NCBI RefSeq assembly: GCF_006345805.1
Contig: NC_043001.1
Coordinates: 107,880,001 to 107,944,000, forward strand
DNA: 64,000 bases
Source: Octopus sinensis
Taxonomy: Eukaryota
Direction: 5' to 3'
The position numbers were made by a program, and so were the translations under genes. Every line of letters starts with the position of its first letter. Position 1 is the stretch's first letter. This document shows positions 15,244-27,964 of this stretch, one piece after another. A model generated the notes under the pieces. The model was not told where the DNA came from and did not search any database. It saw nothing but the letters and a program-made list of their open reading frames with translations.

Positions 15244-16620
15244 GATGTATACAATATTTTTGCATACATACATATATATATATGTGTAACACTTGTAAGC
15301 ACACACACACACAGGAACACACACAAACATATACGCATACAAGTGTGTGTGTGTGTGTGTGTGTCTGTAAAACCGCGTTTTTTGTAACGTATTGAAGTTT
15401 GGACTGGCATAACATTTACCCCACCCACCCAACACTGGATGGGTTGCCTGCGTTTTCACTGACCACTCTAAAAACTTCAGAAATTTCCCGAGAATCTACA
15501 TTAAACTATTCAGATCTGGTTTCACACTTGCATCTTCTATTGAGAGCATCAATCTTTGTTAATATTGACAAATATTTGAGGACATAAAATTCTAAATTGA
15601 GCTCCCGTGGAGATATCATATTATTTTATTAAGCTTCAGGCTTTAACCTATCTTGGTCTCTCGCCAACATAGATTAAGTTAAACATTTCGATAGCCATGG
15701 CATGTGGTCAGCATCCTGGCGAGAAAGATAGTCATTGTCCACAGTTTGGTTTCTTACTGAATAACAGATTGTGGCAAGAAGTGTTATTGGAATCTGTTCA
15801 AATGTTTCCTTATTTCTATTCCAGCATAATTTTGCTCTTAGCAAACAAACATTATTCCAAGATGAGACAGGTGTGGCTGTAGGAAAAACAATTTAATTCC
15901 TGGCGCCAAAAGAGACCATCTTCCCGGATACTTAATTCACTTCGAATTACAACTAACTCACCTTGTCTACTTTTACTTTGACTAGACAGTTGATACCAGC
16001 TTTACGTATTGCTGTTTTAAGATCATTGTTTTTAGTTTATTTAGGTTTCTTTTTTATTATTATTATTTCCATTTACAAGTCGTAAATCTTCACGTTTATC
16101 TGAAATAATTCCAAATCTCTCTAGCTTCTGCCTGCAAATTGACTGATAAAAAGAATCGCTCTAAAACCTTAATTAATTTAAATTTTCAATTTAGATTCAA
16201 AAGAGACTATAACTAAGAAAGATAAAAGAAACAATAAAAATAAAGACGGAATGACAGATGAAAAAATACAAAGTACGAAGACGTTATTAGTCATGCGAAG
16301 CTTTTTAACAGCATCAAATCTCGTTTTCCACCACCGCATAACATTCAGTCTTAATGTCCTGTATTTTAGATACGACATGAATGATTCTTAAATATTTATA
16401 CCGATAGTGTTCTAGCTGTCAGTTGTTGGTGGGAACATATGTCATGAGAAGAATCTGTATTCTTCAAATGCAAAGAAAAACCCACATTAATAAGGAGAGA
16501 CGGCGGGAAACAGATTAAGAATAAGAGATTAAAATCAAGAAAAATGAAAGATCAACAAAATATTCTCCAGTTACTGCAAATTATAGTAGTAATTATAAAC
16601 GTATACGCACATAAATACAG

Positions 16621-16691
<71 letters not shown>

Positions 16692-16892
16692 TATATATAT
16701 ACACACACACATATATATATACATATTTGTGTATGTGTTTTTGTGCTTATGTGTGTCTGTGTGTGTGCAGATATGGTTTCACCAGGGCGATAAATTACAG
16801 GACTCATTAATAAAGTAGAGTATTTCTTTAATATGTTATGACTGAAAGGTTCCAGTAAGTGTGTATGTGTGTATATTATACACACAAACACA

Positions 16893-17100
16893 CCTGGCAG
16901 AATCGTTAGCACGCCGGGCAAAAAGCCTAGCGGTATTTCGTCTGCCGTTACGTTCTGAGTTCAAATTCTGCCGAGGTCAACTTTGCCATTCATCCTTTCG
17001 GGGTCGATTAAATAAGTACCAGTTACGCACTGGGGTGGTTGTATCGACTTAATCCCTTTCTCTATCCCTTGTTTGTCTCCTCTATGTGCAATAAAGAAAT
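16893..17100 (+). mobile_element. SINE family A monomer
   Basis: ctggcagaatcgttagcacgccgggc head plus one body. Confidence 0.85.
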
Positions 17101-17115
17101 AAATACACACACACA

Positions 17116-17212
<97 letters not shown>

Positions 17213-17389
17213 GTTTATATATATAATATACATATTTATAATCACGCATATGTATATATACGTTTATGAATTTGTATAGCAAGATCGTGAGTTGAAACAG
17301 ATATAGTTGTATTTCGGGATGGTCATTTTATTTTATTTTATTTATGATTTTTTTTACCAAAATAAACACACGCACTCTATATTCGTTCT

Positions 17390-17510
17390 TCACTCGTTTA
17401 TTAATGTTCTTATCTTGACTCATGTCCACTGTCCGGAGATCTTCCGTCACACATCTGTGACCTCTTCAGTGCAACTTCTTGTCTTCGTGCCCTAGCTCCA
17501 CTTATTTCAT
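17390..17510 (-). repeat. Dispersed repeat with hammerhead-like core (second copy at 39595-39725)
   Basis: Minus strand: CTGAAGAGGTCACAGATGTGTGACGGAAGATCTCCGG...aataaacgagtgaagaacgaata, shared with 39610-39700 on plus. Confidence 0.7.
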
Positions 17511-17511
17511 T

Positions 17512-17544
<33 letters not shown>

Positions 17545-17673
17545 CATCTTCTGTTTTTCATTTCCTATAAAAGATCACTCTGAAAGTGACAGTGTTTTAA
17601 CAGTAAGCTACCAGGTATATATACCTATATACACATACATACATATACGTATACACATATATATATAAATGTG

Positions 17674-17732
<59 letters not shown>

Positions 17733-17938
17733 TAGTAAGAAGTGAAAAAACTACAGAAGGCTTAAAGGTTAAAAAATATATATATTTGCGTCAATATGTC
17801 TGAAGAATATTAAAAAAATTTTTCTTACAATGACATAATTTAGAAGAAAGCCCGGTTTCGCGTTTAGCTTTTCAAATTTCTTGCGACGTTATGTTTATCT
17901 TGAACAGAGTTATCTTTATGTTTATGTTTAAAAGAGTT

Positions 17939-18493
17939 CTAAATAAGGGGAGGTAATAAGTGATTTCTTCCGGTGTAAGGGAGATAATCGCTTAAAATTT
18001 TTTTAATTTTTTTTCCTTTCCCTTGGTGTGAATTTCTCTGTATCAGTATGTTGGCATGGTTAAGTCTGGGCTTGTACTTTTCAATGAAGAATGTTTCCTT
18101 GTTTAGTCTAATTTGTGTTGATGATCCGATAGCACATTGGTAAAATGGAAAGATTAAACATTGTGGTCGTAGTTGCGTTGCGCATTTCTCAATGTGCTCA
18201 CTAAAAGGTATCGTTCTGTATTCTGGGAATGCAATCTGTTGTCGATGCAGTGTGCATCTACGTCTGAGTGATAGTCCCATGGATCCCACGTAGTCTTGGT
18301 GGCAGCCCGAGCATTTTATGACATAAATTATGTTTTCAGAGGCACAAGTAAAGTTAGATTTAAAGAGGAATTCTGATCCTTCTAGCAGGTTTGGACATGT
18401 TGCACAGTTCGATCTACCACATTTTTTTACTTTTGCATCCGTAATTTCAGAAAACAATTTTGCCTTTGTGAGAATCTTTTGGGCTGCCACCAA
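17939..18493 (-). pseudogene. PLE GIY-YIG endonuclease domain, RT missing
   Basis: KCGRSNCATC Cys motif, then NIIYVIKC..C.QDYVG...LRRR...H and ETFFIEKYKPRLN. This is the GIY-YIG layout of Penelope-like elements; a Cys-rich linker is typical of the Neptune group. Confidence 0.85.
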
Positions 18494-18925
18494 GACTACG
18501 TGGGATCCACGGGACTATCACTCAGACGTAGATGCACACTGCATCGACAACAGATTGCATTCCCAGAATACAGAATGATACCTTTTAGTGAGCACATTGA
18601 GAAATACGCAAAGCAACTACAACCACAATTTTTAATCTTTCCATTTTACCAATGTGCTATCGGATCATCAACACAAATTAGACTAAACAAGGAAACATTC
18701 TTCATTGAAAAGTACAAGCCCAGACTTAACCATGCCAACATACTGATACAGAGAAATTCACACCAAGGGAAAGGAAAAAAAATTTTAAAAATTTTAAGCG
18801 ATTATCTCCCTTACACCAGAAGAAATCACTCATTACCTCCCCTTATTTGGAACTCTTTTAAACATAAACATAAAGATAACTCTGTTCAAAATAAACATAA
18901 CGTCGCAAGAAATTTGAAAAGCTAA
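18481..18925 (+). pseudogene. Inverted second copy of the GIY-YIG C-terminal half
   Basis: GCHQDYVGSTG...KYKPRLN; differs from the minus copy at a few codons. Confidence 0.85.
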
Positions 18926-19096
18926 ACACGAAAACGGTCTTTCTTGTAAACTATGTCATTGTAAGAAAAAAAATTTTAATATTCTTCAGACATATTGACG
19001 CAAATATATATATATTTTAACCTTTAAGCCTTCTGTAGTTTTTCACTTCTTGCTATTTTCTATATATTCAACCACGTGCTTTTACAAACCAACTTT

Positions 19097-19143
<47 letters not shown>

Positions 19144-19230
19144 ATGAGAACTTACAATAAAACAAAAGACGAAGACGGGTGTGTAAACAACAAACAGATG
19201 TATTAGTTTAACGCTCGGCAAGTTAGAAAG

Positions 19231-19268
19231 TCTTTTACGTTTCGAGCCTACGCTCTTCGTCAGAAAGG
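19231..19268 (-). ncRNA. Minimal hammerhead ribozyme motif in a pLTR-like repeat (family copies near 5850-5950, 32200-32370, 47700-47845)
   Basis: Minus strand: CCTTT-CTGACGA-AGAGC-GTAG-GCTC-GAAAC-GTA-AAAG. Intact core, palindromic ACGT stem III. Confidence 0.7.
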
Positions 19269-19339
19269 AAGACAGAAATGAACAGGGAGAGAAAATAGAA
19301 AAAGGTATAACAAAAATCGTACTGCAGACGTACACATAT

Positions 19340-19760
19340 AAGCGCAGGAATCGCTGTGTGGTAAGGTGCTTGCTTACCAACCACATGGTTCCGGGTTCTG
19401 TCCCACTGCGTGGCACCTTGGGCAAGTGTCTTCTACTATAGCCTCGGGCTGACCAAAGCCTTGTGAGTAGATTTGGTAGACGGAAACTGAAAGAAGCCCG
19501 TCATATATATGTATATATATATATGTGTGTGTGTGTGTGTCTGTCTGTCTGTCTGTTTCCCACCACTCCAACATCGCTTGACATCGGAATCTGGTGTGTT
19601 TACGTCCTCGTAACTTAGCGGTTCGGCAATAAGAAACCGATAGAATAAATACTAGGCTTACAAAAAATAAGTCCTTAGATCGATTTGCTCGACTTAAAGG
19701 TCGTGCTGCAGCATGGCCGCAGTCAGATGACTGAAACAAGTAAAAGAATAAAAGAACAAA
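19340..19760 (+). mobile_element. SINE family B, full length
   Basis: Same structure as 7209-7620. Confidence 0.9.
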
Positions 19761-21234
19761 AGGATAATAGAATATAGGCAACAATTGCCGGCTCTGCCTC
19801 CTACTCTTCCCTTCTATCACATCTACCTCTGTTAATACTCTCTACTTATATACTCTCTACTCCTATTCTTTACTATAAATAACTCTCTACACCTAAGATA
19901 TCTCTCACCATATCTCAACATACTTCATACTTAAAAATACTCTACTTCTCTTACTCTCCACTCCTCTGATTCTCTCGCTAACTTCTCTTCCTCTGCAATG
20001 CTTCTTCTTTACCTCTCTGTTTCTTCTTCCTAGTTCTTTTCACCAATATCTCATTCATTATCTTTCTACTTAAGTGTTTTCATATTTCACTCGTCTATTC
20101 TAACAGCATTTTGCAAATTTTTATATCGTTTTATGTAGTCTAATTTCTTGCTCGTTTTCTATGTGTTAGAATTGTTTTGTTTTTTTTTCTTAAATGAAGT
20201 TTGGGTGGCTGAATAATTAAATGTAGAGTTTACTATCGAATCATTACTTGTGTGTGTCTGTGTGTACGTGTATGCGTGTATGTGTGTACGTGTATGTGTG
20301 TATGTGCGCATGTGTGTGTGTGCGTGCGTGTGTGTATATATGTGTGTGTGTGGATTATGCTATAAGATCAGGTAGTCGCGCAAATATAAAACAAATAAAC
20401 TTAAGTTTGCGCATAGGTGTATGAGTCTACACACACATGTAGAATTTTTGTATGCATATATATATAGTTCATACACATGTCGTTTGTTTTTCTGTGGCCT
20501 TTCACACCGGCCATTTTTTAGATATCCACCCACCTTTCAACAAATTTGCTAGAAAGCAACAATTCTCTTTCCACCATCACTTTTTATGAGGTCTTGGCCA
20601 AAGATGAAAGTGTCTGTCTTTAGCAATTTCAAACGTGTCTACCATACAACCTTTTTTGCTACAGCCACCAGACAAATAAAAACTGTCTGCCTCTCCCGGC
20701 CAAAGGAGGGGGCGGGGAAATCTTCACTATAGATTCAGCTGATAGCTGAATAATGACTGTCATGATGCAATACCAAGTCCTGGTATTCATGGCTCCTTAT
20801 CTTAACTGCTTAGAAGTGTTACCATGGACATTGTTTTGTCATGGTATAAAAGATGGGCTACAGCAAATATTATACTAAATTGCGCAGATTTGCTTGTCAG
20901 TTGTTCGACCTTAACCAGTTTGAGCATGTTCTTTGGTGGCTGACTATATGTCCATCTCTAATAACGAGCAGAAGTAGTGGGGGGGACATCATAGCCATGT
21001 GTTGAGATGAATTTTTGGGAGTTTGAATAATTCACCTCTGGAAACATGGCGTATCTTGTTCGACATCTCTAAACAAATCTTATTTAAGCACCTTTTGAGC
21101 GGGATGGGTCCCACCTGCAAGGTCATATGCTGTTTATCTTTATATAAGATCACCATGTCGCACACATATGGTTGTGATGCATGTTCCTTGTGTACCCTTA
21201 TCAGACGGGTAGCCATGATTGGTATTAATCATAA

Positions 21235-21446
<212 letters not shown>

Positions 21447-21700
21447 GATGTAAGTTTTCCCACTGATGAAAATATATCTGTAAAGGAATTTGACAATTTA
21501 AGTAAATATAAGGACCTAGAAATTGAAATACAAACGATGTTGCATCTTAAAGCGAGAACTGTTCCTGTTATTGTGGGTGCCCTAGGTATGATAAGAAAGG
21601 GATGTCAGAAATATCTAAATAATATCCAGGAGAACCATGTCTCAGAGAAATCCAACAGGTTGTGCTGACAGGTACTGCCTACATCCTTAGAAACAACAAG
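21447..21700 (+). mobile_element. R4/Dong-like LINE, heavily 5'-truncated RLE end
   Basis: DVSFPTDENISVKEFDNLSKYKDLEIEIQ..VPVIVGALGMIRKGCQKYL, close to the C-terminus of the 60454-61776 ORF. Starts directly after (AAT)n. Confidence 0.85.
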
Positions 21701-21789
21701 AACAATTACCCCCTAAAGATTACGTAATGTAACTTGAGGTCAACCCCACCACGAATAATTAGGGTTTATTCTGCTCTATCCAAGGATTG

Positions 21790-22790
21790 AAGTCTGCCAG
21801 CTTTCAATTTCTTCTGTCTTTCATAGAAAAGCAGATTCAATTGAAATCCATTCATCCACATCACTCTTGCCTCTTTCACCTGTCCTTCGATAAACACACT
21901 ACCAATCAGCAACTGCTTCTCTACTCTTACCTTCCTCTTCGAGTGGCACTTGAAGAAGTTAACCTGTTTAAAAATACAACTTCAGTCTTTTGGATCAGAA
22001 CACCATTGCATCATTTTCGGTACAATCACGAGGCAAAGATTCCTTTCTAAACCAAAGCAAAATAGGACGTCAATTTCCACTCGACTGGATTCGTCCCACA
22101 TGCGACAACAGTTTTCCCACACGAGTCAACAAGACAACAAATCGCTGATGCACAGCCAATGGGCGATGGAGACGTGCACGAGTGCTTTGTCCCCTACACG
22201 TATCACGAACACTTTCGGTTTTTGGTGCTTTCATGCTTGTAAAACATCTTGCATGCAGATAATGCTTCCTGATAATGCCAAAGTCCTTTCGAAATTCTTC
22301 TTGGTCCTCGACGTGACAGTCCTCCACAAGAAGCTGTTCCCACTATTCTCCTCGCCACACAGAGTCTCTCACAGGCCAACTTTACCTATTTCTTTATTAC
22401 CCACAAGGGGCTAAACATAGAGGGGACAAACAAGGATAGACATAGGTATTAAGTCGATTACATCGACCCCAGTGCGTAACTGATACTTAATTTATCGACC
22501 CCGAAAGGATGAAAGGCAAAGTCGACCTCGGCGGAATTTGAACTCAGAACGTAGCAGAAGACGAAATACGGTTCAGCATTTCGCCCGCCGTGCTAACGCT
22601 TCTGCCATCTCGCCGCCTCAGGCCAACATTACCCACACCCTCAACTTACCCACTATAGAAATCTAGGGCTCTTTTCACATCACCCGCATTTCCCATCCGG
22701 TCTAGTGTTGTCATCCTCTAAAATCTTAACTCGTGTTTGAGGCTCGGTCAAGGAATGAGCCGCCAAACGACATGCAACACTAAAGACATC
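21790..22790 (-). mobile_element. Degenerate Tx1-like LINE remnant interrupted by SINE A
   Basis: Minus strand KLLSHVGRIQSS and FFKCHSKRKVRVE match the 300-758 remnant. Confidence 0.55.
22385..22620 (-). mobile_element. SINE family A monomer with probable TSD
   Basis: Flanked by caggccaac(t/a)ttacc at about 22372 and 22619. Confidence 0.88.
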
Positions 22791-22918
22791 CACAAGCGTT
22801 CGCTAATTTACTTCATTTTCACTATCACATATGATACATACACTAGACTGGCCTAAATAACGTGTGTGCGTGTGCGTGTATTTGTGTATGTGTGTATAGT
22901 CGATTGTACGCATATGTA

Positions 22919-23150
22919 GGGCGGCGAGCTGGCAGAATCGTTAGCACACCGGGCGAAATGCATAACAGTATTTCGTCTGCGGCTACGTTCTGAGTTCAAA
23001 TTCTGCCGAGGTCGACTTTGCCTTGCATCCTTTGGGGCTCGATAAATTAAGTACCAGTTACGCACTGGGATCGATATAATCGACTTAATCCGTTTGTCTG
23101 TCCTTGTTTGTCCTCTCTGTGTCCAGCCCCTTGTGGGTAGTAAAGAAATA
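22919..23150 (+). mobile_element. SINE family A monomer
   Basis: Intact ggcggcgagctggcagaatcgttagc head plus body. Confidence 0.9.
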
Positions 23151-24139
23151 GATTGTACGCATATGTGCATGTACGTAAGTGTGAGCGAGAGCACTGACGA
23201 ATATGTGAAAAGTGAATAGGCGTGGTACATCTCACACATCTCTTTCTCTTTCTTTTTTCCCCACTTCTCACTTTCTCCCCCATCCCACCTCTCTCTCTCT
23301 CTCTCTACTACTACTACTACAACTACTACGTGTCGTAAATATCACCGAATATAGAGCATATATGCTAAAACACACGACGCACGTATAAATGCACACTGAT
23401 GTAATACATACCTGTACATAAACGGACGCCGCCTCGCATATACACACACACTGAGACGTACTTATCTTTTGCAATCTAACAAAGACGCCATTGTGAAAAG
23501 TATCGAGCTAATTTGACATTTAAACATCTGTTGTTTACTTTTAACAATGTCTAAACGTATTTACTTTTTTAAAATAGCAATGCTCCATGTTTAATGTCTT
23601 CTCTTGATGTTTTGTACTCCAGTTATTGAATCACTGTTGCTGTTGTTTATCTTTCTTTCCTTTGATATTATTTTTATATTTAATCATTATTCTTTCTTAT
23701 GTATGACTTCATTAGTTTATGTTAGATATTTTCTTCATTTCTCTCTGTTTCTATTTTGCCAGTTGCCACCCAACCACCTGCCTCCATCTCACACCACCTT
23801 GTATTTCAAGCTTTTATCCTTAAATATTCAGGCACTCATCCACTCTCTCTCTAATTCACTGTCATTCGTTCCTTAAGTCAGCCCCTTCCCTAAGCCATTC
23901 TACGACCGATTATCTAACAATTCTTTCTCTTATTATTCTCAGCTTTATTTTCTATCCATCCTCGTTCGTTTCTTTCATGGTCTTTAGTAAAATAAATAAG
24001 TAAATCAAAAGTCTGGGTCTTTTCTTTCTGTTTCATTTGAACTTGTCAAACCGCAACTGTCCTAAAGCTAGATTTGAACTTACTGAATACATCCTGTTGA
24101 TATACTTTCTTTAATACAACATCTGATAACACGTGGATG

Positions 24140-24415
24140 CACAAGGGCCCAGTGATTAGGGGCAGCGGACTCGTGGTCGTGGGATCGCGGTCTCGATTCC
24201 CAGACCGGGCGTTGTGAGTGTTTATCGAGCAAAAAGGCCTGAAGCTCCATGAGGGTCCGGCAAGGGATGGTGGCGAACCCTGCTGTACCCTTCCACTACA
24301 ACTTTCTCTCACTCTTTCTTCCTGTTTCTGTTGTACCTGTATTTCAAAGGGTCAGCCTTGTCACACTCGGTGTCACGATGAATCTCCCCAAGAACTACGT
24401 TAAGGGTACACGTGT
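24140..24415 (+). mobile_element. tRNA-derived SINE family C
   Basis: Head cagtgattaggggcagcggactcgtggtcg...tcgattcccagaccgggcg is shared with 33880-34170 (minus). Confidence 0.75.
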
Positions 24416-24850
24416 CTTCTTCTTCTTCTTCTTCTTCTCTTCTTCTTCTTCTTCTTCTTCTTCTTCTTCTCTTCTTCTTCTTCTCTTCTTCTTCTTCTTC
24501 TTCTTCTTCTTCTACCTCTTCGTTTCTACCACGAATTCACAACGACCTCGAACCCACAAGAGTAAACAAGAGAGACCGAGACAGGCAGAAACAAGGAAAA
24601 TGACCCTTATATTTGAACACTATGCAAATATTCCTTTAAAAACTTTCTTTTACTTTTTCCAAAATTTAATTGTTTTCCATACTTACAGTTGAAAAAGTCT
24701 CAATGACTGAAACCGGTACTGAAATGTTATTTATAAAATGATTTTAGCATTTTCTACCTTGAGTTTTTCCTCCTATATATCAACTCGAGTGTTCCTTTTC
24801 AACCTTACACATACACACACACACACACATCATACATACATATATATATA

Positions 24851-24891
<41 letters not shown>

Positions 24892-25211
24892 ACAAAAGCT
24901 GCTCTAAGTGTGTGTGTATATATATATATACGCACACATACATACAGGTCGGGCTTCTTTCAGATTTCGTCAACCAAATTCACTCCCAAGGCTTTAATCG
25001 GCACGCGGTTATAATAGAAAACACTAACCCAAGGAGCTACGCAGTAGGACTGAACATGGAACCATGCGATTGGAAAGCAAACAACTTACCACGCAGCCAG
25101 GCATGCACCTGGCTACATTATTTACATTATATTTATCATGTTGGCGTCCACATTCACAATAATCTTATGATGCCAGATAAATATTGAGTGAAAAATTGAA
25201 AACATATAATT

Positions 25212-25284
25212 CATATGGTGTAGTGGTTTCGAGCGCAGGCTACTAACCCCAAGATTCCGAGTTCGATTCCAAGCAGTGATCTGG

Positions 25285-25317
<33 letters not shown>

Positions 25318-25340
25318 TAATATAATAATAATAATAATTC
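25212..25340 (+). mobile_element. SINE family D head plus (AAT)n, tail absent
   Basis: catatggtgtagtggtt...ctaaccccaagattccgagttcgattcc is shared with 27853-27925. Confidence 0.75.
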
Positions 25341-25509
25341 ATTTATATTAAAGTGTTTTGTTATTTTCCATGGAACGAAATCATTTACGAATTAATAGAT
25401 TAAAGCATGGTCTGTTGGGCCTCACAATAACTTCTTGGTTTGAGAATACATCTTTTATTAGCTATTATAGTCGCAATCCTAGCAGTTTTATATGTCTGTA
25501 GAAATATAA

Positions 25510-25627
25510 TAATGATAACAATACTAATACTAATACTACTACTACTACTAATAATAATAATAATAATAATAACAACAACAATTATAATAACAACAATAAT
25601 AACAATAATAACGATATAATAATAATA

Positions 25628-25660
<33 letters not shown>

Positions 25661-25746
25661 TGAGAATAATATCAATAACAATAATAATAATAACAATAAT
25701 AACAATAACAACAACAACTACAACAAAAACAACAACAACAAACAAC

Positions 25747-25783
<37 letters not shown>

Positions 25784-25797
25784 TATAATTGATAATA

Positions 25798-25838
<41 letters not shown>

Positions 25839-25849
25839 TGATGATGATG

Positions 25850-25885
<36 letters not shown>

Positions 25886-26053
25886 TAATAATATAATAAT
25901 AATAATGATAATAATAATGATGAGAATAATATCAATAACAATAATAATAATAACAATAATAATAATAATGATGAGAATAATATCAATAACAATAATAATA
26001 ATAACAATAATAACAATAACAACAACAACTACAACAAAAACAACAACAACAAC

Positions 26054-26111
<58 letters not shown>

Positions 26112-26116
26112 TAATA

Positions 26117-26157
<41 letters not shown>

Positions 26158-26158
26158 A

Positions 26159-26193
<35 letters not shown>

Positions 26194-26361
26194 TAATAAT
26201 AATGAAATAATAATGATGAGAATAATATCAATAACAATAATATAATAACAATAATAATAATAATGATGAGAATAATATCAATAACAATTAATAATAACAA
26301 TAATAACAATAACAACAACAACTACAACAAAAACAACAACAACAACATAATAATAATAATA

Positions 26362-26396
<35 letters not shown>

Positions 26397-26473
26397 TAAT
26401 AATGATAATAATGATGATGATATGATGATGATGATGATGATGATGATGATAATAAATAATAATAATAATAATA

Positions 26474-26517
<44 letters not shown>

Positions 26518-26528
26518 TAATGATAATA

Positions 26529-26569
<41 letters not shown>

Positions 26570-26591
26570 AATAATAATAATAATAATAATA

Positions 26592-26628
<37 letters not shown>

Positions 26629-26635
26629 TAATACT
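25510..26635. repeat. Mixed (AAT)/(AAC)/(GAT) array with about 300-bp higher-order period
   Basis: Landmark caactacaacaaaaac at about 25714, 26026 and 26319; gatgagaataatatcaataac recurs. Confidence 0.9.
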
Positions 26636-27059
26636 AACTCTAGCACTTAAGACTAAAAGGTACATCTAGATCTTCGTTATGCTAAGATTCAGACTTTCCG
26701 ATGAAATATTGCATAATGTATAGTGTGGTGTAATGTGCGTCAATCTAGATATATCAGTGACATTCATTTTAGTGTTGCTATCTCATTTGGTATGACCGGT
26801 AGACTTTAATGGCAACGTGACGTCTCGAATTTTTTCCCAATAGATATGGCAACATTATAAGAAGCATAACGACAGTTTACGAGAGTAGCGTAGAAATTTA
26901 TTTTGCAATTTCTTTTTATCTGTTTCGCTTAGATATTCTGATTTCACCCTTGTTGCTTTCTTGAATTGCGAAATTAGTATTAATTAAGAAACAGAGGTTG
27001 ATTTCATTCGTTTTATTGTCTATCAAAAACGTGGAATTATGTGCAGGCCTGGGTTTAGC

Positions 27060-27800
27060 GCAGGCCTGGGTTTAGCGCAGGCGTGGCTGTGTTGTAAGAT
27101 GCTTGTTTTCCCAGCAACGTGGTTCCAGGTTCAGTCCCATTGCGTGGCACCTTGGGTAAGTATCTTCTTCTATAACGTCGGACCGTTACTTGATTGGTAG
27201 ACGGCGAGCTGGCAGAAACGTTAGCATGCCGGGCGAAATGCGTAGCGATATTTCGTCTGCCGTTACGTTCTGAGTTCAAATTCCGCTGACGTCGACTTTG
27301 CCTTTCGTCCTTTCGGGGTCGATAAATTAAGTACCAGTTGCGCACTGGGGTCGATGTAATCGACTTAATCCGTTTGTCTGTCCTTGTTTGTCCCCTCTGT
27401 GTTTAGCCCTTTGTGGGTAGTAAAGAAATAGGTAGTTCGTCTGCCGTTACGTTCTGAGTTCAAATTCCGACCATGTTCAAATTCCGCCCTCTATGTTTAG
27501 CCCCTTGTGGGTAATTAAGAAATAGGAAACTGAATGAATCCTGTTGTATATGCATGTTTGTGTGCATGTACATGTGTGTACGCTTGTGTGTGTGTGTGCG
27601 TGTGTGTATCTGTTTGTCTGTCTGTGTTTCTACTCCCGCCATCGCTTGGAAACCGGTGTTGGTGTACTTTTAAGTCTACATAACTTGACGGTTCGTCAAA
27701 AGCTTCTGATAGAATAAGTACTGGGGTTAATTCGTTTGACTAAAATTCTTTAAAGAGTGCCCCAGCATGGGCGTAGTCTAATGACTGAAACACTTAAATG
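27060..27800 (+). mobile_element. SINE family B with SINE A nested at 27203-27526
   Basis: The B sequence gtagac|ggaaactgaa is split by an A element. Confidence 0.8.
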
Positions 27801-27852
27801 AAAAAGGATCTTTAATCAGGTTTCTTCTAATTATTGATACAGTTTCTTCTCT

Positions 27853-27931
27853 GCATATCGCGTAATGGTTAAGAACGCGAGCAACTAACCCCAAGATTCC
27901 GTGTTCGATTCCAGGCAGTGACCTGAATAAT

Positions 27932-27964
<33 letters not shown>

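Larger units (their letters stand above)
17728..19060. mobile_element. Penelope-like element 3' fragment arranged as a long inverted repeat
   Basis: Arms of about 580 bp (17728-18308 and 18481-19060) are near-identical reverse complements around a 172-bp spacer. They encode a GIY-YIG endonuclease. Confidence 0.9.

Noticed and set aside
15755-15880. Minus-strand AG...GTAAG interval open in one frame (TPVSSWNNVC...)
   Set aside because: No recognisable protein, no compatible neighbouring exon; plausible by chance.
27853-27925. Possible tRNA gene (also heads at 25212, 24140, 34100)
   Set aside because: A and B boxes only; no complete cloverleaf or acceptor stem; followed by SINE body.
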